Source: Myxococcota bacterium (lineage in GTDB: Bacteria; Myxococcota_A; UBA796; CAJQPC01). Taken from it: DNA of 64,000 nt. Location of the stretch: the NCBI GenBank assembly GCA_036229005.1, contig JAZAMN010000025.1, positions 1 through 64,000 on the forward strand, written 5' to 3'. The notes beneath the pieces were generated by a model. The model worked only from the letters and a program-made list of their open reading frames with translations, had not been told where the DNA came from and made no database searches. Position 1 is the stretch's first letter. Each line of letters starts with the position of its first letter. Below, one piece after another: positions 38,504 through 47,215 of the stretch. The position numbers and the translations under genes are program-made.

Positions 38504-39775
38504 CTATTCGATGTCCATGTCGATGGAGTCCAGCTCCAAGGTCGTCATCCCCGCCAGCATGCGCGCGTTGGCGTTGCGGACCATCCGGGCCAGGTGGTGC
38601 AGAAGTCGCCACATCAGCTTGGTGGCCAGCGCGGAGTCCTGCCGCACCAGGCGCAGGAAGGCGTTGCGCCCCAGCACCAGGAAGGTGGAGTCCGCCGTGG
38701 TGCGCACGGTGGCGCTGCGGCGGGGGCTGTCGATGAAGGACATCTCGCCGAAGTAGGCGGCCGGTCCCAGGTGGGCCAGGGTCACGCCGCCGCGCAGGAT
38801 CTCGACCGCGCCCTGCTCGATGATGAAGGCCTCGCCGCCGTGCTCGTCCTCGCGGAAGAGCACCGTGTCCGCCGGGACCCGCCGGCTCTCACACATGCCC
38901 GCGACCTGAACGAGCTCGCGGTAGGTGCAGAAGGAGAAGAGATCGCAGCGGCGCAGGGCCTCGATGTGGCGGGAGGGGGCGGCGTCTTCGGGGTCTGCCT
39001 CGTCGGGCTCGGTCTGGACCTTGACCACCAGCGCGGTGATGTTGTCCCGCCCGCCGCGCTTGTTGGCGCGGGCCACCAGCTCTTCGGTCCCGCCGCCCGG
39101 GCTGCCCTCCACCGGGTCGATCATCTCGGCCGCGCCCACGTAGCCGTGCAGGCCATCCGAGCAGAGCAGCAGCGCGTCGCCCGGGGACAGCTCCAGGTGC
39201 AGCAGGTCCACCAGCACGGAGGGGAACACGCCCAGGGCGCGGGTGATGACGTTCTTGTTCTTGGCCTTCCGCGCCTGCTCGGGGGTGATCAGGCCCTCGC
39301 GGAGCTGCTCCTGGACCAGGGAGTGGTCCTCGGTCACCTGGTGGCACTCGCCGCTGCGCAGCAGGTAGATGCGCCCGTCGCCCACGTGGGCGGTGAAGGC
39401 CTGCCGGCCCACCATCAGCACCGCGTCCAGGGTGGTGCCCATGCGGCCGCCGTCTCCGGCGATGGTGGTGGAGGCCTGGTAGATCTCCTCGCAGGCGCGC
39501 TGCACCGCGTTCTGGAGCAGGGCCTGGACCGCGGCCACCGTGCCGGAGCTGGGCTGCTCGGCGTGCAGGGTCAGGGTGCGCTTGCCCGCGGCGATGGACT
39601 CGCGGACCACGGAGCAGGCCAGGGAGCTGGCGACGTCGCCGCGCTTGAAGCCGCCCATGCCGTCGCAGACCACGTACAGCCCCAGCTCAGGGTCCAGCAG
39701 GGTGCTGTCTTCGTTGTGCTTGCGGACGCGACCGACGTCGCTGGTCGCCCAGGCCTGGATGTGAGTGGGACTCAT
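38504..39775 (-). CDS. PP2C/PPM Ser/Thr phosphatase with C-terminal cyclic-nucleotide-binding domain
   Basis: DVGRVRKHNED, VCDGMGG, MGTT, HVGDGR, DHS, CSDGL, GGRDNIT; cNMP motif FGEMS...RSATV. Confidence 0.93.
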   Translation of the reverse strand: MSPTHIQAWATSDVGRVRKHNEDSTLLDPELGLYVVCDGMGGFKRGDVASSLACSVVRESIAAGKRTLTLHAEQPSSGTVAAVQALLQNAVQRACEEIYQASTTIAGDGGRMGTTLDAVLMVGRQAFTAHVGDGRIYLLRSGECHQVTEDHSLVQEQLREGLITPEQARKAKNKNVITRALGVFPSVLVDLLHLELSPGDALLLCSDGLHGYVGAAEMIDPVEGSPGGGTEELVARANKRGGRDNITALVVKVQTEPDEADPEDAAPSRHIEALRRCDLFSFCTYRELVQVAGMCESRRVPADTVLFREDEHGGEAFIIEQGAVEILRGGVTLAHLGPAAYFGEMSFIDSPRRSATVRTTADSTFLVLGRNAFLRLVRQDSALATKLMWRLLHHLARMVRNANARMLAGMTTLELDSIDMDIE

Positions 39776-40962
39776 TTGAGCTTCGCCTCCAGGGCCGCGA
39801 GCTTCTCCGAGGTCTCCCTCAGGTTGCCCGAGAGCTGCAGCAGCATGTTCCAGAGAACCTTGACGGCGAGCGTCGGCTCTCGCTTGAGGAGGGCGAAGAA
39901 GGCCTCCCTCGTGATGAGCAGCGCCTCGCCGCTCTCGGTGGCCTGCACCGTGGCGCTGCGCTCCGGCTCGTCCAGCAGGGACATCTCCCCGAAGCTGGCC
40001 CCGGGCCCCAGCTCCACCAGGGCCTGCTCGTCGCGCACGACCTGCACCTTGCCGGCCACCAGCAGGTACATCGACTTGCCGGTCTCGCCCTGCTTGAAGA
40101 GCACCTGCCCCTCGCGGAAGTGCATGGGACGGGTGATGCCGGCCAGGGCCAGCAGCTCGCGCTCGGTGCAGTAGGCGAACAGGGAGATGCGGGCCAGGGT
40201 CTCCAGGCGCCCCCCGGGCCTGCCGCTGCGGCGCCCTTGCCCCTGGAAGAGCAGGATGCCGGCGGCCAGATCCTGGCTGGGGGCGCGCTCGCGGGCCAGG
40301 GACAGCAGGCGCGCGGTCACGCCGTCTGGGCTGGGGTCGGTGGAGACCTCCCGGATGCGCAGGTCGTCCACGCTGTTGGCCACCCAGGGGCTCGCCACCA
40401 GCACGCGGTCGCTGCGGCCCATGTCCAGGGCCAGGGTCTCCGGCTCGCCCTTCCCCAGCTCGCGGGTGCGCGGGGCGCGGGTCTGGTGGACGCGGCCGCC
40501 CTCGGCCTCGCTGGCCTTGACGTGGTCGGCGGTGAGCTTGTGCACCAGCCCCTTGCGCAGCAGGAACACGGCGCCGTCGCCGATGTGGGCCACGTGCAGG
40601 GTGCCGTCCAGGATCAGGGCGACGTCCAGGGTGCAGGGGATCTCCTGGTGGCGGCGCAGCGCCAGCGCCTCCAGCTCCTTGGCGGCCAGGTGCACGGCGG
40701 TGCGCAGGACCTCCAGCGTGTGGTCCGCCTGATCGCTGCCCTCGCGGCCGCGCAGGTCCGCGATGGACTTGGCGATGTGCGCGCGCAGGGTCTGGAGCAC
40801 CCGCTTGGCGGCGGCGCCGGCCAGGTCCTCGTGCATCATCGTGGGCCTGGGATCGGCCTGAGCGATGGCCACCAGGCCCAGCTCAGGGTCCTCGACAGCC
40901 TGGGCGCCCGAGTGCTCTCGGGGGCCTGATGGCAGGGACACACAGTGGATCTCAGGGCGCAC
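39772..40962 (-). CDS. Degenerate PP2C-like domain + cyclic-nucleotide-binding domain (probable pseudophosphatase)
   Basis: Keeps DPELGL, TLD, HIGDG and LTADH, but has IAQAD and VASPW where the active paralogue has VCDG and CSDG; cNMP motif FGEMSLLDEPERSATV. Confidence 0.8.
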   Translation of the reverse strand: MRPEIHCVSLPSGPREHSGAQAVEDPELGLVAIAQADPRPTMMHEDLAGAAAKRVLQTLRAHIAKSIADLRGREGSDQADHTLEVLRTAVHLAAKELEALALRRHQEIPCTLDVALILDGTLHVAHIGDGAVFLLRKGLVHKLTADHVKASEAEGGRVHQTRAPRTRELGKGEPETLALDMGRSDRVLVASPWVANSVDDLRIREVSTDPSPDGVTARLLSLARERAPSQDLAAGILLFQGQGRRSGRPGGRLETLARISLFAYCTERELLALAGITRPMHFREGQVLFKQGETGKSMYLLVAGKVQVVRDEQALVELGPGASFGEMSLLDEPERSATVQATESGEALLITREAFFALLKREPTLAVKVLWNMLLQLSGNLRETSEKLAALEAKLK

Positions 40963-41010
40963 GCCTTCTCCTTCCGACCGCTATGGTAGAGCAACTCAGG
41001 AGTCCTGCTG

Positions 41011-42501
41011 TTGAGGCGCGTCCATCCCCAGGCCTGGATCGAGGCTGCGGCCCTGCTGCTCTTCGTGGCGCTCGCGGCCTTCTTCGTGGTCGACGCGCGG
41101 CGCTCGGAGCTGATCCCCATCCAGGCCGAGGCCCTCACCGCGGGGCCCTCGTCCGAGGCGTGGATGGGCATCTACTTCGAGGACCAGAAGGTGGGCTACG
41201 CCGTGTCCTCCCAGGCCCCCACCGTCGACGGCGGTCTGCTGCTCCGGAATCGCTCGGCCTTCGAGATCGCCGCCTTCGGACAGCTCAAGCAGGTGGTCAC
41301 CATCTCCCAGGCCGTGGTCTCCGCCGACGGCACCCTGGAGCGCTTCGAGTTCTACATGGACTCCGATCCCGTCGCCATCTCCGGCCAGGGCCGGGTCGAG
41401 GCCAGCGAGATCGTCATGCAGCTCTCCCAGGCCGGCGAGATCCAGGAGCTGCGCCTGCCCATCGACGCGCCCCCGCAGATGTCCCTGTCCCTGAGCAGCT
41501 GGCTCCAGGACCACGCGGACGAGGTGGCCGTCGGCAAGCAGTTCTCGCTGCCCTACTTCGACCCCATCACCCTCTCCCAGCAGGACATGGTGATGACCGT
41601 CTCCGGCGTCGAGGTCCTCCCCGACGGCGAGGAGGCCTACTGGCTGGAGCGCAAGGTCGGCGACATGGACAGCCGCGTGCTCATCACCCCCGCCGGCTCC
41701 GTCATCCGGGAGGAGGGCGCCATGGGCCTTGCCCTGGTGCGTCAGACCCCCCAGGAGGCCCAGTCCATGCCCCTGGGCGCCGAGCCCGTGAACATCATCT
41801 CCCTCTCCGCCGTGCCCCTGGAGGGCTACCTTGCGCTCCCCCGCACCCTGCGGCGCCTGGAGATGGAGGTGCAGGGCGTGGGCATCGAGCGCATCGCCGT
41901 GGGGGGCGTCCAGTCCGTGGTCGGTCAGCATGTCCTCGTCGATGTGCCGATGATCGAGGAGCTGCCGCGGGACCTGCCCGTCCGGGAGGTGGGGGAGGAG
42001 CAGTCCGAGTACCTCCAAGCCACTGTCTTCCTACCCATCGGACACCGGGACCTCCAGGACAAGGCAGCTCAGATCGTGGCCGACAGCGAGGACAGGCTGG
42101 CGGCGACCGAGGCGCTCAACGACTGGGTCCACGGCTACCTCATCAAGGCGCCCACCCTGTCGGTCCCCAACGCCCTGGAGGTCCTGCAGACCGGGCAGGG
42201 GGACTGCAACGAGCACACCGCGCTCTTTGTGGCGCTGGCGCGGGCCTCGGGCATCCCGGCCCGCATCGCCGCGGGGGTGGTCTACTCGGACACCCTGGGG
42301 GACGACGGGGCCTTCTACTACCACGCCTGGCCCGAGGTCTATCTGGGGCCCGAGAGCGGCTGGATCCCGGTGGACCCCACCTTCGGGCAGCTCCCCGCCG
42401 ACGCCACCCACATCAAGCTCGTGGAGGGCGATCTGGACAAGCAGGTCGAGATCATGGGCGTGATGGGCCGCCTGGGCTTCAAGCTCGTGGAGTCCATGTA
42501 G
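41011..42501 (+). CDS. Membrane-anchored transglutaminase-like cysteine protease domain protein
   Basis: GDCNEH, YHAWPEV, VDPT triad; N-terminal TM; AGGAG RBS with TTG start. Confidence 0.88.
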   Translation: MRRVHPQAWIEAAALLLFVALAAFFVVDARRSELIPIQAEALTAGPSSEAWMGIYFEDQKVGYAVSSQAPTVDGGLLLRNRSAFEIAAFGQLKQVVTISQAVVSADGTLERFEFYMDSDPVAISGQGRVEASEIVMQLSQAGEIQELRLPIDAPPQMSLSLSSWLQDHADEVAVGKQFSLPYFDPITLSQQDMVMTVSGVEVLPDGEEAYWLERKVGDMDSRVLITPAGSVIREEGAMGLALVRQTPQEAQSMPLGAEPVNIISLSAVPLEGYLALPRTLRRLEMEVQGVGIERIAVGGVQSVVGQHVLVDVPMIEELPRDLPVREVGEEQSEYLQATVFLPIGHRDLQDKAAQIVADSEDRLAATEALNDWVHGYLIKAPTLSVPNALEVLQTGQGDCNEHTALFVALARASGIPARIAAGVVYSDTLGDDGAFYYHAWPEVYLGPESGWIPVDPTFGQLPADATHIKLVEGDLDKQVEIMGVMGRLGFKLVESM

Positions 42502-42574
42502 GCGGGACCTGCGGGAGGGTGCCTGTGGGGGGCGCGTAGGGACCGAGGCCCCGGCCCCGCGCTAAACTGCGGGC

Positions 42575-43324
42575 ATGATTCGCACCCAAGGCATCCAGAA
42601 GCGCTACCGCGGCTTCCAGGCGCTGCACCCCCTGGACCTCGAGGTCCACGCCGGCGAGGTCTTCGGCTTCCTGGGCCCCAACGGCGCCGGCAAGACCACC
42701 ACGATCCGCATCCTGTCGGGCATCCTGCCGCCCACGGACGGGCGCATCTTCATCGACGGCGTGGACATGGTGGCCGACCCCGTCAGCGCCAAGGCCAAGG
42801 TCGGCTACATCCCGGACCGGCCCTACCTCTACGAGAAGCTCACCGCGCGGGAGATGCTGCAGTTCGTGGGCGGGGTCTACGGCATGGGCCGCGGGGAGAT
42901 CGACGCCCGAGGGCAGATCCTGCTGGAGGAGTACGGCCTGGGCGAGTTCGCGGACGAGCTGGTGGAGGGCTTCTCCCACGGCATGAAGCAGCGCCTGAGC
43001 CTGTGCTGCGCGATGCTGCACGAGCCCCGCCTGCTGATCGTGGATGAGCCCATGGTGGGCCTGGATCCGCGGGGGGCGCGGCAGATCAAGGAGGTGTTCC
43101 GCGGCTGGGCGGCCCGGGGCGGCACCGTGTTCTTGTCCACCCACTCCCTGGACGTGGCCCAGGAGGTCTGCGACCGGCTGGCCATCATCAACAAGGGGCG
43201 CATCGTGGCCCAGGGCACCTACGAAGAGATACGGGGAGCGGGTCGCGACGACGCCAAGGATCTGGAGGAGGTCTTCCTCCGCATCCTGGAAGAGCAGGAC
43301 ACCCCCCAAGGAGCCCCCCAATGA
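42575..43324 (+). CDS. ABC transporter ATP-binding protein (CcmA/ABC-2 type)
   Basis: GPNGAGKTT, FSHGMKQR, LIVDEP, STH. Confidence 0.93.
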   Translation: MIRTQGIQKRYRGFQALHPLDLEVHAGEVFGFLGPNGAGKTTTIRILSGILPPTDGRIFIDGVDMVADPVSAKAKVGYIPDRPYLYEKLTAREMLQFVGGVYGMGRGEIDARGQILLEEYGLGEFADELVEGFSHGMKQRLSLCCAMLHEPRLLIVDEPMVGLDPRGARQIKEVFRGWAARGGTVFLSTHSLDVAQEVCDRLAIINKGRIVAQGTYEEIRGAGRDDAKDLEEVFLRILEEQDTPQGAPQ

Positions 43325-43794
43325 CCCTCATGTTGCTCGCTGTGATCGCGTGTGCGGGCCGCCGCGAGGCGCGCCATGGGCTCAAGGCCGAGGGCCAGTA
43401 CGTGCTGGGCGAGCTGCCCGGCTGGGAGCGCCTCAAGGACGCCGGCGGGGCCGACTACGCCTGGCGCAATCCCCAGGGAGCCGTGATCTTCGCGGACTCC
43501 AACTGTGGGCCCAACTACGAGGACTCCAAGCTGGAGGACCTCACCGAGAAGCAGCTCGCTGGCATCTCCGAGGGAGAGCCGCTGCTGTCCACCCCCCTGA
43601 GCCTCGCCGAGCGCAGCGCCCTCCAGGAGCAGTACCTGGGGCGCCTGGATGGGGTGCCCGTCGCCCTGGGCATCACCGTGGTCAAGAAGCACTTCTGCGT
43701 GTACGACTTCGTCCTGATCGCCCCCCGCGGCGCCTCCTTCGACGCCGCCTGGCCCGCCTACGCCTCCGCGGTGGAGGGCTTCGACCCCGAATGA
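43321..43794 (+). CDS. Hypothetical lipoprotein (possibly PsbP/DUF1795-like fold)
   Basis: MTLMLLAVIAC; ATGA overlap; LDGVPV...KKHFCVYDF. The fold guess is weak. Confidence 0.65.
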   Translation: MTLMLLAVIACAGRREARHGLKAEGQYVLGELPGWERLKDAGGADYAWRNPQGAVIFADSNCGPNYEDSKLEDLTEKQLAGISEGEPLLSTPLSLAERSALQEQYLGRLDGVPVALGITVVKKHFCVYDFVLIAPRGASFDAAWPAYASAVEGFDPE

Positions 43795-43801
43795 GGCGTC
43801 C

Positions 43802-44566
43802 ATGAGCAAAGCGCTGGCCCTGCTGGGGCACATCGGCGGCGTCGCGCGCCTCACCGGCCGGGTGATGCGGGAGTCCGTGCGCCCCCCCTTCGAGACCCGC
43901 CTGCTGATCCAGCACATCGACAGCTCGGGCATCGGCTCCTGGTCCATCGCCGTGCTCACCGCGGTGTTCACCGGCGCGGTCATGGCCATCCAGTTCGCGG
44001 TGGGCCTGGAGCCCTACGGCGCCAGCCTCTACACCGGCAAGCTGGTGTCCCTGGGCATCGTCAAGGAGCTGGGCCCCACCCTGACCGCCGTGCTGGTCGG
44101 GGGGCGCGTGGGCGCGGGCTACACCGCCACCATCGGCTCCATGAACGTGACCGAGCAGGTCGACGCCATCTCCGCCCTGGGCGCCGACCCGGTGCGCAAG
44201 CTCGTGGTCCCGAGGGTGCTGGCCTGTGTCATCGCGCTGCCCTTGCTCACCATCCTGGCCGACGTGGTGGGCTGCTTCGGCGGAATGCTCGTGACCATGG
44301 ACGAGGTCGGGGTGACCTGGCGCTTCTTCGTGGACCAGGTCATCGACACCCTCTCCGTGGGCGACGTGCTGCACGGCTTGGGCAAGAGCGTGTTCTTTGG
44401 CTACTTCATCGCCATCATCGGCAGCTACGTGGGCCTGAACACCCGCGGCGGCACCGAGGGCGTGGGCCGCTCGACCACCACCACCGTGGTCGCCATCTCC
44501 ATCACCGTGCTGGTGAGCAACTACCTGCTCACCAACCTCTTCTTTGCCCTGGCGCGCACCGCATGA
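43802..44566 (+). CDS. mlaE: MlaE family lipid ABC transporter permease
   Basis: KELGPTLTAVLVGGRVGA, TEQVDAISALG, LVVPRV, GGTEGVGRSTT. Confidence 0.92.
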   Translation: MSKALALLGHIGGVARLTGRVMRESVRPPFETRLLIQHIDSSGIGSWSIAVLTAVFTGAVMAIQFAVGLEPYGASLYTGKLVSLGIVKELGPTLTAVLVGGRVGAGYTATIGSMNVTEQVDAISALGADPVRKLVVPRVLACVIALPLLTILADVVGCFGGMLVTMDEVGVTWRFFVDQVIDTLSVGDVLHGLGKSVFFGYFIAIIGSYVGLNTRGGTEGVGRSTTTTVVAISITVLVSNYLLTNLFFALARTA

Positions 44567-45390
44567 GCACCCCCGTACAGGTCCAGGAGTCCGACTCCGA
44601 GCAGGCGCCCATCATCAGCTTCCGGGGCGTGAACAAGGCCTTCGGGCCCAAGGTCATCTACAAGGACCTGGACCTGGACATCTACCGGGGCGAGGTCCTG
44701 ACCGTGCTGGGCGGCTCGGGCATGGGCAAGAGCGTGATGCTCAAGATGCTCATCCGCCTGCTGGCCGCGGACGGCGGCAGCATCGAGGCCTTTGGAGAGG
44801 AGGTCACCAACATGAGCGGCCGGGCGCTGCTCAACCTGCGCCGGCGCGTGGCCATGCTCTTTCAGGGCGCGGCGCTGTTCGACTCCATGACGGTGGCCGA
44901 GAACATCAAGTACCCCCTGGTCGAGCACAACTGGGGCACCCGCGCCGAGCAGGACAAGCGCGTGGCCGAGGTGCTGGAGATGGTGGGCATGCCCGGCATC
45001 GAGAAGCTGCGCCCCAGCGAGCTCTCCGGCGGCATGAAGAAGCGCGTGGGCCTGGCCCGCTCCATCGCCGTGGAGCCCGAGGTCATCCTGTACGACGAGC
45101 CCACCACGGGCCTGGATCCGCTGAACGTCCGGCGCATCAACGGCCTCATCCTGCGCCTGCAGGAGCAGCTCGGCGTGACCAGCGTCGTGGTCACCCACGA
45201 CATGGACACCTGCTTCACCATCACCGACCGCCTTGCCTTCCTCTATGACCACAAGATGTCCTTCGTGGGCACCCTGGAGCAGGCCAAGAACACCGAGTTC
45301 GCGCCCCTCAAGGAGTTCCTGCAGGGCGGCCGCGGCGTGCTCAACGACGACCAGGTCAGCGCCCTGATCGAAGAGGGCGTCAACCAGTAG
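44563..45390 (+). CDS. mlaF: MlaF family ABC transporter ATP-binding protein
   Basis: GGSGMGKS, FQGAALFDSMTV, LSGGMKKRVGLAR, YDEPTTGLDP, VTHD. Confidence 0.92.
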   Translation: MSTPVQVQESDSEQAPIISFRGVNKAFGPKVIYKDLDLDIYRGEVLTVLGGSGMGKSVMLKMLIRLLAADGGSIEAFGEEVTNMSGRALLNLRRRVAMLFQGAALFDSMTVAENIKYPLVEHNWGTRAEQDKRVAEVLEMVGMPGIEKLRPSELSGGMKKRVGLARSIAVEPEVILYDEPTTGLDPLNVRRINGLILRLQEQLGVTSVVVTHDMDTCFTITDRLAFLYDHKMSFVGTLEQAKNTEFAPLKEFLQGGRGVLNDDQVSALIEEGVNQ

Positions 45391-45407
45391 GCCTCACCCG
45401 CCTGGGG

Positions 45408-45758
45408 TCAATTCCCAGGCAGGTGGATGTCCAGGCGCAGGGTCCCGTCGCCGAGCTGCGCGCTGCCGTGCACATCGGTCCCGCTGGGCGCGCGCTGGAC
45501 CTGGGCGTCCTGCAGGGGAAGCGCCACCCGCCAGGGCAGGGGAGGTCCACAGCGCAGCGGGGCCGAGGGCTCGTCCAGACAGAGCACCAGGGTGTCCGCC
45601 TCCAGGCCGCCTTGGAGGCCCCACAGCTCGGTCGCGCCCGCGCCATCTGGGCAGGTGAGCGTCGCCCGGCTCTTGGCCGCGTCGATGCCCGTGGAGCAGG
45701 GTACCGGCGGGGGCTTTGGGGCGCGCTGGCAGGCCAGCAGGGTGAGCAGAAGGGTCAT
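45408..45758 (-). CDS. Small hypothetical lipoprotein
   Basis: MTLLLTLLAC after a GAGGTGGAG RBS; fills the gap between mlaF and the next gene. Confidence 0.5.
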   Translation of the reverse strand: MTLLLTLLACQRAPKPPPVPCSTGIDAAKSRATLTCPDGAGATELWGLQGGLEADTLVLCLDEPSAPLRCGPPLPWRVALPLQDAQVQRAPSGTDVHGSAQLGDGTLRLDIHLPGN

Positions 45759-45856
45759 GGGGCTCCACCTCAAGCACGCCTTTGGCGGCCTCAGGCTTAC
45801 ACCGCCGCGACCAACTGCCCCTGGCATCCCAGCTCTGATCGGGGCACTCTGCAGGC

Positions 45857-47215
45857 ATGCCCTGCGCCCTCCCGCCCCCGCCCTGCGCCACCGCTGCTCT
45901 GCACGCGGCCGCGCCCGAGTGTCTGGAGGCGTGGGGGCTGCCGGAGCTGGACACCTCCGAGGCGCCTGCGCGCCCCCACCCCCCGCTCCCCGAGCTCACC
46001 GAGCGCGACAGCTACGGGACCCTGTACTCCGCGAGCTCCGAGCACCTGGTGCTGCGCTGGGATTCCGGGGTGGATGCGGAGCAGGCCCAGTCTGTCCTCG
46101 CCGATGGGGAGATCGCGCTGGAGGTGCTGGTGGAGCAGCTCGGGATGGTGGGCCCCAAGGGCGCGGACACCCACAAGCTGAACCTCTACCTGGGGGACTC
46201 GGGGGCGAACGCACCGCCGGCCTACGGGGAGGCCTACGCGTGGACCGACGCCGAGGGCTACCCGATGGTCGTGCTCTCGCCCGAGGTGCTGGCCGACTGG
46301 GAGCTGGGTCGGGTGGTGCTGGCCCATGAGCTCTTCCACGTGCTGCAGGACAACAGCCCGCACCCCTACGCCTACGAACCCGGAGCCCCCGGCGCCTGGC
46401 TCTACGAGGCGAGCGCGGTCTGGTCCGAGGCCCAGGTCTGGCCCGATGAACCCCTCACGGCGCGGTGGATCTTCGGCTGGTCGCTGCAGCCTCAGCACCC
46501 CCTGGACGCCTTCGCGTACCCCAGCTCCGGCGACATCGCGGAGTACCGGCAGTACGGGGCCTTTGCCTTCCTGCGATACCTGAGCGGTGAGCACGGGGAT
46601 GCCCTGGTCGTCGACCTCTGGACCCAGGCCAGCGACCCCGATCCGCGCGTGACCCTCTCGGACTGGCTGGACCTGGACGCCGAGCTGGCCGACTTCGCCG
46701 CTGCCGCCGTGACCTGGGATCTGGAGCAGGGCGCAGACCTGGAGGCCGCGCACCTGGCCGCCGCCGAGCGCTGGCCGCAGTGGGACGAGCGGATCGCCGC
46801 GCAGCATCGGGGGCACTCGGAGGGCTGGCAGAGCCTGGAGCTGGAGGAGCTGGGGGTGCTCTACGTGCGCTTGCATCCCTCCAGTGATGAAGAAGATGTT
46901 CGCGTTGAAGTGTCTGATTTCAATGGAGAAGTGCGTGTGGTGATCCCAGGATCCGGGGCCCACCGCCTGGCCCCTGGAGCCGACCAGACCTTCGAAGGAA
47001 CCGCCTCCGCCGACGAGGTCTGGCTGGTGCTGACCGGCAGCCATGACGGCGGGGTGCAAGCGGTGGAATACCGGCTGCGTTCGGTGAGCGCGGGCCCCAT
47101 CCAGGAGCGCGTGCAAGAGGGCTGTGGGTGCTCGGGAGAGGGCAGCGCGGCGCTGATCTGGCTCCCGCTGCTGACGCTGGGGCTGCTGAGGAGGAGACGG
47201 GAATGGAGCGCTTGA
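45857..47215 (+). CDS. Gluzincin-like metalloprotease with MYXO-CTERM sorting signal
   Basis: LAHELFHVLQ (HExxH) and WLYEASAVW third ligand; C-terminal GCGCS-hydrophobic-RRRR. Confidence 0.82.
   Translation: MPCALPPPPCATAALHAAAPECLEAWGLPELDTSEAPARPHPPLPELTERDSYGTLYSASSEHLVLRWDSGVDAEQAQSVLADGEIALEVLVEQLGMVGPKGADTHKLNLYLGDSGANAPPAYGEAYAWTDAEGYPMVVLSPEVLADWELGRVVLAHELFHVLQDNSPHPYAYEPGAPGAWLYEASAVWSEAQVWPDEPLTARWIFGWSLQPQHPLDAFAYPSSGDIAEYRQYGAFAFLRYLSGEHGDALVVDLWTQASDPDPRVTLSDWLDLDAELADFAAAAVTWDLEQGADLEAAHLAAAERWPQWDERIAAQHRGHSEGWQSLELEELGVLYVRLHPSSDEEDVRVEVSDFNGEVRVVIPGSGAHRLAPGADQTFEGTASADEVWLVLTGSHDGGVQAVEYRLRSVSAGPIQERVQEGCGCSGEGSAALIWLPLLTLGLLRRRREWSA

Noticed and set aside
34260..38756. 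1498-aa plus-strand ORF, the longest in the track
   Set aside because: Antisense to the TonB receptor and redoxin lipoprotein, which carry clear motifs; composition is typical of a shadow frame.
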